DNA of 64,000 bases from Deltaproteobacteria bacterium (lineage in GTDB: Bacteria > Desulfobacterota > Dissulfuribacteria > Dissulfuribacterales > DYLC01), in contig JAQVIJ010000004.1 in NCBI GenBank assembly GCA_028695735.1, forward strand, positions 128,671-192,670. The letters are read 5' to 3'. The notes below the pieces were generated by a model. That model was not told where the DNA came from. It saw only the letters and a list, made by a program, of their open reading frames with translations, and searched no databases. The position numbers and the translations under genes were made by a program. Each line of letters begins with the position of its first letter. Within the stretch, counting starts at the first letter, position 1. Shown here piece by piece: positions 19,690 through 28,638 of the stretch.

Positions 19690-20610
19690 ATGAAGATACA
19701 AATCTCGTATAAAATTATATTCGTATCCTTGGTGCTTGTGCTGGTTCTTGGAGTCTATGGATGTAAAAAGGAAGACACCAGCCTGAAATTTGATCACAAG
19801 CTGCATGTGATGGACAATTCCCTTTCGTGTGACAGCTGTCATGCCAAGGGCAAGGACGGCAAGCTCACAAACCCAGGCATGGACAAGTGCCAGGAGTGCC
19901 ATGAGATAGATATGGATCATCCTTCGGAGAAGTGTCTGCAGTGTCATTCTGTGAAGTCCGCTGCCAACGACTATAAAATCGAAGGGACTATCCCTGAGAA
20001 ACCCAAGGGTTACAGGGACTTGATCTTTAAGCATGAGGCCCATGAAGGGGTTGCCGAGTGCGGCACGTGTCATAAGGGTATCTGTGGGCAGAATTCCCTT
20101 TCTCAGATAGAGTGGCCTGATATGTTTGTGTGTAAGAAGTGCCACAACGGCAAGGATGTGCCCATAGATTGTGAGATGTGCCATACAGAGGTGAGAAAGG
20201 AGATCAAGCCGGAGAGCCACAATGGCGATTGGGCCATGCACCATGGTCTGGAGAGCCGCTTTGACAGGTCATGCCAGTTCTGTCATGACAACCAGGAGCG
20301 TTTCTGCCAGGATTGCCACAGGACGCAGAAGCCCAAGGATCACATTCTGAGCTGGAAGACCAGCGGCCATGGTGAGGAGGCCATGCACGACAGAAGGCTC
20401 TGCGCCACCTGCCATACCGCTGCCTACTGTTCTGACTGCCATCGCTCTCAAAAGCCCATCTCCCATGCCCGTGGCAACTGGATGGCCTATACCCGTGAAA
20501 ACGGCCATGCCGAAGAGGCGAAACGGAATTTCAGAAGCTGTAATGTGTGTCATACCACCTCTGAGTGTATGCAGTGTCATCAGACCATTGCACTCAGAAG
20601 GATGAAATAG
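19690..20610 (+). CDS. dodecaheme c-type cytochrome, lipoprotein
   Basis: Lipobox LGVYGC. Twelve CXXCH motifs in 306 aa: CDSCH, CQECH, CLQCH, CGTCH, CKKCH, CEMCH, CQFCH, CQDCH, CATCH, CSDCH, CNVCH, CMQCH. Confidence 0.9.
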   Translation: MKIQISYKIIFVSLVLVLVLGVYGCKKEDTSLKFDHKLHVMDNSLSCDSCHAKGKDGKLTNPGMDKCQECHEIDMDHPSEKCLQCHSVKSAANDYKIEGTIPEKPKGYRDLIFKHEAHEGVAECGTCHKGICGQNSLSQIEWPDMFVCKKCHNGKDVPIDCEMCHTEVRKEIKPESHNGDWAMHHGLESRFDRSCQFCHDNQERFCQDCHRTQKPKDHILSWKTSGHGEEAMHDRRLCATCHTAAYCSDCHRSQKPISHARGNWMAYTRENGHAEEAKRNFRSCNVCHTTSECMQCHQTIALRRMK

Positions 20611-20635
20611 AGATTAAATATCAGGAGGTGTGAAA

Positions 20636-23600
20636 GTGAAAGTTAAGGGTAAGAAGTATGTCTTGTTGGGGCTGTTGGCGGCTCTATTGCTGCCTGCCAT
20701 GGCCTCCGCCCATCCAGCGGTACAGCTGCTGGATGAACAGGGAAGGCCTATTAAGGACCAGTTGGATCCATCTGATACGGTCCAGGCCGCAAATGGTACG
20801 GTCTATATGAGAGGTCCTGCCTATAGTCCAAAGCAGACCTGTGGTAAATGCCATGATTATCAGGCAGTTACACGCGGCTATCACTTCCGTGAGGGCGCAG
20901 GCAGGAACGGTGAAGGGGTGGATGACCATTGGTCTGCCAAAAATAAAGACGGCAGTCTGTATCGCTATCTTGCCAACGCCTATGGCCACCTGCTGAGTCC
21001 TGGTCAGTTCGGCGCGTGGTGACCGCCTTCTTACCGCCAGTTGGCGGCTAAGAAGGAACGTGGTGGACTGAAGGACCCCTTCTCCTCAGAAGGTAAGAGG
21101 TATTTCTTTGATCAGGGCACGGCAGACCACATGGCTGTCTGTTACTCTTGTCACCCAGGCGGCGGGCCTGCAGAGGGTATTGTGCAGGCGGATGGTACGG
21201 TAAAACCCTATACAGACCCATCCCTCAAGCCAACACATACCTATGATCGTGATTTTTATGCCTATAGCGGCAATCTCACAACACAGACTCTGAACAGCCT
21301 GGCATCTATCGCTGAGACCATGCAGGCTATGGGAGACCCCAAGCCCCATGATTGGCACAAGTCAGGTGTGATGGAGGCGGACTGTATGCTCTGTCATACG
21401 GATCCACAGAGCCCTTATGCCCTGAAGGCCGCGGATGGTCTGAAGGCTCAGCCCTTTAAGCCACGCATGATGATCTTTGCTGATCGTCAGGGTGGCAAGG
21501 TGCAAAGTATCTCTTTGGGAATGCCGCTCAAGACCGGTTTGGCCAATGAATCGGCCCTTTCTTACACCAATGACCCACAGCGCATGTCCAGGCCAACCAA
21601 GCTCTTCGCATTGGCTCAACTGCCCAAGGAGGTTGTGGGCGAGATGATGCAGATGTGGGTGGATGCCCTGAAGAACATGGAAAAGCAGGGGGTAAGGCTG
21701 CCCTATGCCCTTTATGGCCAGAATGTGACCAAGATCTGGACACAAAACGGCATCAATCCGGCTTATTGCGCCAATCCGGCTGGAGCAGCGGACGAGATGA
21801 ACCGTCTGATGAACGCAGCCCCTGCCATCAACCAGTTGTTTTCTGGCATGATGAGCTACATGAAGTCAAAGGGCTTGATGCCTGCAAACGCCACCATGAA
21901 CGACATGATGGGCATGTTCTTCAATGACTTCATCTATGCCTATAAAATAAAGGACCAGATGGGCAATCTCTTGCCCATTCCTGTGCCCCTGCGCGCCTAT
22001 GAGCCAGGCAAGTTCTATACGGATTGGGATACCAATCATGCATCCCTTAGGGATTATATGCGGGCACCCCTCATAGAAGGCGAGGGTATCGCCTATTCCG
22101 GCAAGGTCGGTATGGGCTGGGGTGCTGCCATGTATGCCATTCAAAAGGCCATGCAGGGCGATATGCGTTATATGAATGCCGCTGGTATGCCTGATGTGGC
22201 GGCAGTGATGGCGGACATGCAGAAGGGTGTGGTGAAGCCTCAGGATATTCAGGTCACCCTGCATGATTTCCTGCCCAGCTTCTTCTATATGATGCCCACA
22301 GCAGAGCTCATGGGCCTGGATTTCAATCAGGACGGTGCGCCTATCTCTTATGTTCGCATAGACAGGGCTGGAAATGAGTGGCAGGCCAAGGCCTATTGGA
22401 ATGTGGCAGACCTGAAGGACGGTTATCTGAATATGTCCATGTTCGGCGGCCCTGACGACATAAACTCCTATAAATGGGTCAATGTCTGCGGTCAGTGTCA
22501 TGTAATGACCAAGGACCATGGAAACAGCGAGTGGAACTACGCCCGTACATACAACCTCGGTATGCCGGCGGACTGGGTCAAAAACGGTGTGTATGTGAAC
22601 TTCACCGATGATGAAGAGGCATCCGGTTATGATGTGCATCTTTCAGGTAAACATCTGGGTTGTGGTTCCTGTCATTTGAGGACAGCCGGAAACATTGAAG
22701 ATAAGCACAATTTCCTGAAGGGAACAGATACCGCCCACATGGTGGCCAATGAGTTGGACAACAACCCCAAGCCCAAGACCTGTGAGTATTGTCACCTGGC
22801 TGGTGGCAGCACGAGGGCACCCAATCCCACACGGGCACACGAGGAGAAGTTCGGCGAAAACACAGGCCGGCACATGGCCGAGATCACCTGTGAGGTCTGT
22901 CATATCCCCTACAGACGCACATGGAGATTCCGTACCTTCGATAATACCATGGGATATTACGGCAACTTCGACAACCGTATGGGCTATAATGTCCTGCCGG
23001 GTGGAGATGCCAGAATGGCAGCCTATCCTGCCGAATACGCCTTGCCACCTGTCTATGCCACATCCCCAGGTTACGGCATATCCCATTTCCACATGGCTGC
23101 CAATCACATAGATGCAGACGGTAAGGGTGTGGTGCCCATGGATTTTGTGGCCCAGATGGTGGATTACTTCAATATGAGCAGCTCTGCCGACCCAGGCAAG
23201 GTCGTAAATGGTATGCCCACAAATATGCAGTTCGACTTCTGGCACTATTTCTACCAGATGTTCCTGAACAACTATAAGGCCATGGGTGTGCCCATCAATT
23301 ACGACCCAGAGCATGACAACGAGTCGGTCGTTCCGCTTTATTACGCCAACTCCAAGAACGGCTATCCACAGATTGTAAGTGGCAACCCCATCACCATCTT
23401 TACATGGGTGGATGCCAATCCGGAGCCTGGTCATGACATGAGCGATATTGCTTATGGCGGAGCAAAGGTGCTGTATATACGTGAACTCAACGCGGCTATT
23501 CAGTCCTATATTCCGCCCATTGAGTTGGGCAAGGTGAGCCCCATGGACCTCGCCAAGATTCCGCCCAATGATCCGACATGGGCCAAAAACCCCTATGTGG

Positions 23601-24595
23601 GCAAGATCATTTTGAAAGACAGTGGTTATGTCATCTTCGATCACACCGGCGATATGTATCCTGAACTCTGGTGGGATGAGGATGTACGTGCCATGCAGCA
23701 GGCCCTGATAAAGGTGTTGAAGGCCGAGGGTGAGACAAATCCAATGCCCATGCTCTTCATGGCCGCTCACTACTTCTCGGATTCCCATGGTGTTCAGCCT
23801 GCGGAGAAGGCCCTGGGGGCCAAGTCCTGCTATGACTGCCATGGTGATTACACCAAGGACCCAGGTTCTCATCGCATCACTGACAAGGTGGTTGTGTATA
23901 TGCCTTGGGCCCCGCCATGGTTCAGGGATGAAAATCGCGCCATGAAGTATGATCCTGCAAAGGGCATGGTGCCAGCCAATCCAAACGGCTTCTTCATAGT
24001 GGATGGCGAGGTGGATTACATCAAGCCCATTCAGGCCAACGGCCTCGGCGTGCTGGGTGCACAGGCCAAGGATGTCCTTGCCCTAAGCAAACACCATGCA
24101 GAGGATCTCTTCTACATTACCAGTGAAGGTACGGTGCGTGGCAGTGATCTGGGCTATCTCTCTGACTTCACTTCAGAGGAATTGAGCACTGAGTATGCGA
24201 AACAGGTGGTGAACGGGCCGTGGTCAGACAAGCTCTACTTCTATATTCCCAAGGACTTGAAGGATGAGCTGTCCGAGTGCGGATTCCAGCCACAGAGCGA
24301 GCCTGTCCTGTTGAGCGGCGCTGGTATGGCTGAAGGCTATGTGTTGAGGCTTGGTTTGAATACAAGCGAGCGCAAGGCCATGGTGATATCCCTGCCGTTT
24401 ACGGGTGCTGCCCCGGAGATCTGGACAAAACAGCCGGGTGATGCAGGCTTTAGCAAGGATACCTCCGCTGTCATTCTGGACTACAACAGTGCCTATATCG
24501 TGGCGAAGGTCAACCATCCAGGCGAGTTCGTGTGCATTGACAGCACTCGAATCACAGGGGCCAACCTGGATCTTTGGAAGGCCTTTATGAAATAA
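20636..24595 (+). CDS. giant octaheme c-type cytochrome; single reading frame containing one in-frame TGA (21020-21022), candidate selenocysteine codon
   Basis: Track ORFs 20630-21022 and 21041-24595 are in the same frame, separated only by TGA plus 6 sense codons. Only the first has a signal peptide (..LLAALLLPAMASA/HPA). The second starts at a TTG with no RBS and no signal peptide, yet carries 7 CXXCH motifs (CYSCH, CMLCH, CGQCH, CGSCH, CEYCH, CEVCH, CYDCH), with CGKCH upstream. Start preferred at GTG 20636, 7 nt after AGGAGG. That this DNA is coding is near-certain; the fusion via recoding is the uncertain part. Confidence 0.65.
21026..21056 (+). promoter_or_regulatory. SECIS-like mRNA hairpin 3 nt downstream of the in-frame UGA
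   Basis: CCTTCTTACCGCC-AGTT-GGCGG(C)TAAGAAGG forms a 13-bp stem with one bulged C and a 4-nt loop containing GU. The upper 5-bp stem starts 11 nt after the UGA. There is no T-tract, so it does not look like a terminator. Confidence 0.5.
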
Positions 24596-24656
24596 CCTGT
24601 TAGAGACAGACAGGGGCGAAATTCACCCCTGTCTGTTCCTGTTTAATTCGTGTTTA

Positions 24657-24697
24657 AACAAGAAAAGCGCCTAAATTAGGCGCTTTTCTTGTTTTTT
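24657..24697 (+). terminator. rho-independent terminator of the cytochrome operon (usable from both strands)
   Basis: Perfect 15-bp stem aacaagaaaagcgcc / ggcgcttttcttgtt with a 7-nt loop, followed by TTTT. A second hairpin lies at 24606-24636 (acagacagggg / cccctgtctgt). It sits between convergent genes. Confidence 0.75.
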
Positions 24698-24751
24698 AAG
24701 GATGTGAAACACTTCCAACTATCTTTTGGGTGTTGCCATAAGACTGTGCCA

Positions 24752-25231
24752 TCAGCCGGTGATGGCAGACCAATCTATGGTGAGCAGGTCGATGATGTTT
24801 ACCTTTAACGGCCCTGTTGCATCTATGGAGTAGGTAAGGTGGGCGTTGTTATCGAATGTTGATGTGGCCAAGTCATAGGCGCCCTTTGCAGTCAGGTTAT
24901 AGACCGCATGGATGTGGTTGGAATCCTTCATGAACATGGCATCCATAGTGGTCTTTAAGTCTGTGTCGAATTTCCCAGGGTCGGTCATAGAGAATTTGAA
25001 GGTGCCCTTGACCGAACCGCTACCAGTTATGCTGTAGCCGTTTTCTTTGCAATCTTGAGGCGTTAGAGTGAAATTTACTGTGCCGGACATGTCGTCATAG
25101 TTGCCGGTTATGTTTAAGGAGCCTGAATCCTTGCACGGCACGGATAGATTTATGTCAGTGGCATGGGCAAGCAATGGCATTGATGTAAGAACCATGGATA
25201 ATAATGCAGCCTTGATTGTTTTTGCTTTCAT
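24752..25231 (-). CDS. secreted hypothetical protein (159 aa)
   Basis: Signal peptide MKAKTIKAALLSMVLTSMPLLAHA. Thr/Asn/Asp/Gly-rich, beta-rich composition. GGAGG RBS. No recognisable family. Confidence 0.6.
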   Translation of the reverse strand: MKAKTIKAALLSMVLTSMPLLAHATDINLSVPCKDSGSLNITGNYDDMSGTVNFTLTPQDCKENGYSITGSGSVKGTFKFSMTDPGKFDTDLKTTMDAMFMKDSNHIHAVYNLTAKGAYDLATSTFDNNAHLTYSIDATGPLKVNIIDLLTIDWSAITG

Positions 25232-25442
25232 GGTGAAAACCTCCTTTATGAATTTTGATAAAATATTTTATAAAGTTTAATTTGAATTTTGTCAATAAAA
25301 AAGTAGAAAGTCGCAGCTAAAGTCGGCATCATTCAATACCATTTGAGAACCATGCTGTTCGATCAAAGGTAGTTTTGCCTTGAAATTTCCTTGAAAGCTT
25401 AAGGATGGGTGAAGTCTGGGAGTTAATTTATTTTAGGAGGGT

Positions 25443-25520
25443 TGGCGTCCCCGACGGGATTTGAACCCGTGTCGCAAGCGTGAAAGGCTTGTGTCCTGGA
25501 CCTGGCTAGACGACGGGGAC
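25443..25520 (-). tRNA. tRNA-Glu (anticodon UUC), CCA encoded
   Basis: Reverse complement GTCCCCGTCGTCTAGCCAGGTCCAGGACACAAGCCTTTCACGCTTGCGACACGGGTTCAAATCCCGTCGGGGACGCCA folds as a cloverleaf. The anticodon loop is CTTTCAC. It aligns closely with the canonical bacterial tRNA-Glu layout. Confidence 0.9.
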
Positions 25521-25535
25521 GCTTGTATAAAATTG

Positions 25536-25610
25536 TGGTGGGCCGTGCTGGGATCGAACCAGCGACTCTCTGCTTAAAAGGCAGATACTCTACCTCTGAG
25601 TTAACGGCCC
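25536..25610 (-). tRNA. tRNA-Lys (anticodon UUU), CCA encoded
   Basis: Reverse complement GGGCCGTTAACTCAGAGGTAGAGTATCTGCCTTTTAAGCAGAGAGTCGCTGGTTCGATCCCAGCACGGCCCACCA. The anticodon stem is TCTGC/GCAGA with loop CTTTTAA. Confidence 0.92.
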
Positions 25611-25687
25611 TTGTGTTCACACCATAAATATATACTTGGTGTTGAATTATATGGCAAGGGCCTCATGTCTGTTCAAAAAGACATATT

Positions 25688-25716
25688 TAAATAGCAGGAG
25701 GCGCCATGTGTGTCAA
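25688..25716 (-). promoter_or_regulatory. possible sigma-70 promoter for the tRNA-Lys/tRNA-Glu pair
   Basis: On the minus strand: TTGACA - 17 nt - TATTTA, about 70 nt upstream of the tRNA-Lys 5' end. The -10 matches only 3 of 6. Confidence 0.3.
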
Positions 25717-25781
25717 GCAAAAAGTGCACTTGCACCCTGCTGGCTGTCTTTTGCCTTCGACTGTTCTTTTCCCTTTTTTTC

Positions 25782-26498
25782 TCATATGGTTTCAGGATCT
25801 ATGTCCCTGTGTGTATATTTCACCACAGTGACATCTGAAAGTATGACGATTCCCTCTTTCAGCATGTCGTCCAGAATCGGAAGGACCTTGTTGATGTTCT
25901 CATCGGAATCTATCACCGTAATCAGCATGGGGAGTTCCCCTGTGCTGGTAAGGGTCTTTTTTTTGTGAAACCTTCTGTGAGGCCCATAGCCCGCCACAGC
26001 CTTGTAAACCGTAGCGCCTGCTATGTCCATCAGAATAAACCGTTTTACAATGGCCTCATACAGGGGTTCTCCCTCCCATTTGTCGTCCTCGCTCACGATC
26101 ACTCGCAGCATCTTTGCCTTGCCTTCCAGTTTCATGTGTTGTTGCACCTCTCTTTTCGTCTCAACAGTCTTGGCGGAGCATTTCAGGACATTTGTATCGG
26201 AAAGCTCCACAAGGCCCTTTTCAACCATCTGATACACATCGGGCAGAATGCGGTTTATGACATCCTCCGCATCCACAATCTCCAGCTTCACAGGCAGGTT
26301 TGTGGAGAGTTCCAGCATCTTAGAGGTATGAAACACTCCATCTCCACCATAACCGGCCACGCCCCGAAAGACGCTGACGCCTCCGATGCCTTTTTTATGA
26401 AAGAGGTTCAGCAGGGCCTCATAAACGGGTTTCCCCCCGAACCGGTCGGTTTCGTCCAGATAGATTGTGAGTTTTTTTGCCGATCCCTGTTTTACCAT
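25782..26498 (-). CDS. tandem DUF190 (PII-like, CrcB-associated) domain protein
   Basis: Two internal repeats (KKLTIYLDETDRFGGKPVYEALLNLFHKKGIGGVSVFRGVAGYG.. and MLRVIVSEDDKWEGEPLYEAIVKRFILMDIAGATVYKAVAGYG..). Lies directly downstream of crcB. Confidence 0.75.
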   Translation of the reverse strand: MVKQGSAKKLTIYLDETDRFGGKPVYEALLNLFHKKGIGGVSVFRGVAGYGGDGVFHTSKMLELSTNLPVKLEIVDAEDVINRILPDVYQMVEKGLVELSDTNVLKCSAKTVETKREVQQHMKLEGKAKMLRVIVSEDDKWEGEPLYEAIVKRFILMDIAGATVYKAVAGYGPHRRFHKKKTLTSTGELPMLITVIDSDENINKVLPILDDMLKEGIVILSDVTVVKYTHRDIDPETI

Positions 26499-26508
26499 AG
26501 CTGTTTCC

Positions 26509-26889
26509 TCATAGCATTCGGGCTATCGTCTCCCCTGTCTTCAACGCCGCAAATCCGGCAAGGACACTGAATATCACATTGGCCGCTGCCAGGAGCCATT
26601 CACCATCCTGCACCAGTCTGCCGGTCTCATATTCAAATGTGGAAAAGGTGGTGTATGCGCCCAGAAAGCCCACCACCAGCAACAGACGCCACAAGGGATT
26701 CACCATCAGTCTTTCAGTGAGCAGGTACATGAAAAGACCGATGAGAAAGCTGCCGCTTACATTTATGACAAAGGTGCCTAAAGGAAAGCTTCGGCCCCAT
26801 TTTTGGCCTATCCAGACCGCAAGTAGATACCGTGTGATCGCGCCGATAAAGCCACCAGCGCCCACAGCCGCTAACTGTAGAAGATTCAT
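26509..26889 (-). CDS. crcB: fluoride channel CrcB/FluC
   Basis: 126 aa, 4 TM segments, with characteristic GGFIGAITRY and GxLGxxTTFSTF motifs. Confidence 0.9.
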   Translation of the reverse strand: MNLLQLAAVGAGGFIGAITRYLLAVWIGQKWGRSFPLGTFVINVSGSFLIGLFMYLLTERLMVNPLWRLLLVVGFLGAYTTFSTFEYETGRLVQDGEWLLAAANVIFSVLAGFAALKTGETIARML

Positions 26890-26918
26890 GGCGTGTATCT
26901 CTGCAATTGGGTTTGTCT

Positions 26919-28637
26919 CTAAACAGCAGGCCCTGTCATACGCGTCTTGAGCTGCCTGATGCCGTTTTCAAGCACCTCGGCCCTGCCGCGCGAACCCATA
27001 CCCTTGTATATCTTGAGGGCGATTTCATAGGCATCCAGCGCCTTTTCCAACTCGCCCCGTTCCTCGAAGATATCTCCTATGCCGGTCAGATAAAAGGCTG
27101 CCTTTCCGCTGTCTCCCAGCCGTTCCACCAGCTCAAGGGCTTGCATGAAGTATGGATACGCCTTTTGTTTGGCGTTCTGGGCCTTGTAGATGTCTATGAT
27201 CTTTTCGCACAATAGCACTTCGCTTACTGGGTCGTTGTATTTTTCGCAGATGGCCATGGCCCTTTGATACAGAGGAACGGCTGGGTTGAGATTCCCCCGT
27301 TGAAGGTGCAGGTCCCCCAATTTTTCGCATGTATTGGCTATGTCTGCGTCAAGTTTATAGGTTTCAAATACAGTCAGGGCCTTCTCAAAATATTTGATGG
27401 CATCCAGTGACATGCCTCGATTGTAGCACATCATACCTTCCTGGAAGTCTTTTTTAGCGGCTTGTATCTCAGGGTTGTTCTGTAATTCTTCTGATTCCAT
27501 GCTCTTTTCCTCAAAATGCAAGTGGTTTTTCATTTCTTTCAGGCGCTGGCCTGCCTGTTGGGCCAGCTTGCCCACAGTTACATAATCGAATTTTTCGCCA
27601 TCGAAAAGGCCTATCTCTGTGATGTCGTCTTGCAGGGCGGCGATGGCCTTTTCCGCTTCCTTTGCCTGTATCCTGCCCAGTGCCCATACGGCATGGCCTC
27701 TGATGATGGGATCGGAATGGCTCAGCAGATCGAATATGACAAAAAAGGAGCTGGCTCTCACTAATTGCGGATGTGCCTCTCCAATCCTTCCAATGGCCCA
27801 TAACACAGCGGGGATGTGGCCGGGGTCGGATGCCATGAATCCAAGGATGTGCTGAACGAATGTGCCGAATATCTTGGGGTTGTTGCGGATTATCTCGCCG
27901 AGACTTTCTATGCTGCCCCAGCCGGCCTGGGCTGAATCGTTTGCAATGAAGAGGAGTGTCCTGATAAAATCGCCTACAACGCCCGGCTTGGTTTTGGAGA
28001 TCTCTTTGGTGATTATGCCGATGGCCAGTACCGAACGCCACCGCAGTTCTATGTCCGCAGAGCAGAGCAGGCGCTGAACGTTGCGTATGGCCAGCGGATC
28101 CTGGGCTGACATGAGCTTCAGCGCCGGGAGATCCATGTCCTGTACAATACGTGTGACCTCCTGTCTCGAGAAACGCCGGCGGATTGAAGGCTGTTGGGTC
28201 TCCTTTGCAGCAGGCCTTTCTATGATCTGGAGCCTTTTTTCGGGCCTGCCCTTGACAGCTTCCTGAATGTCGTCTGAGAGCCTGATGAAGGTCAATGTGC
28301 CCCTGACTCGCTTGCCGTCAGGTGTTCTGCCTGTGGGGTGTATGAGGTGTGTCTCTATATCGTAATCGGAGATAAAGTTGTCTGTATAGTCCTCGCCGGG
28401 CATGAGGCTCCAGGCCATTTCCCAGTCATCGTCTGTGGCCACGCCCATGGCCTCTATAATGGCGGCCCCCAGGTTGTGCCCTGTTATATCATGCACATAA
28501 ATGGCACCGCATGAACAGAAACCTGTCTCAAAATCCCCGAGACGTTTGGGCTCGAAGTCCTTGGGCCGGTCTATGAGACTGTCACAGAATGGGCATCTGG
28601 GCGAAAACGCCTGTGTCTTGTTGATATGCCTGGTCAT
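26919..28637 (-). CDS. Zn-ribbon / HEAT-like repeat / TPR multidomain protein
   Basis: N-terminal CPFC..x..CSCG cysteine pairs; central helical HEAT/ARM-like repeats (..WGSIESLGEIIRNNP..LWAIGRIGEAHP..AVWALGRIQ); C-terminal TPR-like helices. Start moved to ATG 28637, 1 nt after the upstream TAA (TAACATG). Confidence 0.7.
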   Translation of the reverse strand: MTRHINKTQAFSPRCPFCDSLIDRPKDFEPKRLGDFETGFCSCGAIYVHDITGHNLGAAIIEAMGVATDDDWEMAWSLMPGEDYTDNFISDYDIETHLIHPTGRTPDGKRVRGTLTFIRLSDDIQEAVKGRPEKRLQIIERPAAKETQQPSIRRRFSRQEVTRIVQDMDLPALKLMSAQDPLAIRNVQRLLCSADIELRWRSVLAIGIITKEISKTKPGVVGDFIRTLLFIANDSAQAGWGSIESLGEIIRNNPKIFGTFVQHILGFMASDPGHIPAVLWAIGRIGEAHPQLVRASSFFVIFDLLSHSDPIIRGHAVWALGRIQAKEAEKAIAALQDDITEIGLFDGEKFDYVTVGKLAQQAGQRLKEMKNHLHFEEKSMESEELQNNPEIQAAKKDFQEGMMCYNRGMSLDAIKYFEKALTVFETYKLDADIANTCEKLGDLHLQRGNLNPAVPLYQRAMAICEKYNDPVSEVLLCEKIIDIYKAQNAKQKAYPYFMQALELVERLGDSGKAAFYLTGIGDIFEERGELEKALDAYEIALKIYKGMGSRGRAEVLENGIRQLKTRMTGPAV

Positions 28638-28638
28638 G

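Noticed and set aside
20630-21022. Reading 20630-21022 as an independent 130-aa monoheme cytochrome, with 21041-24595 as a separate gene starting at TTG
   Set aside because: Not fully excluded but disfavoured. Both ORFs share a frame. The TTG has no RBS and lies in the loop of a 13-bp hairpin. The downstream 7-heme protein would lack any export signal. No T-tract follows the hairpin, so it does not look like a terminator.
21866-23872. Long minus-strand ORFs 21866-22639 (257 aa) and 22643-23872 (409 aa)
   Set aside because: They are antisense to the heme-motif-bearing cytochrome frame. They are His/Gly/Val-rich with no starts in sensible context.
25423-25620. 65-aa minus-strand ORF
   Set aside because: It is entirely composed of the tRNA-Glu and tRNA-Lys genes.
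26890-27000. Fluoride (crcB-motif) riboswitch upstream of crcB
   Set aside because: The intergenic gap is only 29 nt. The minus-strand sequence upstream shows none of the conserved riboswitch core elements that I can recognise by eye. This needs a covariance-model check.
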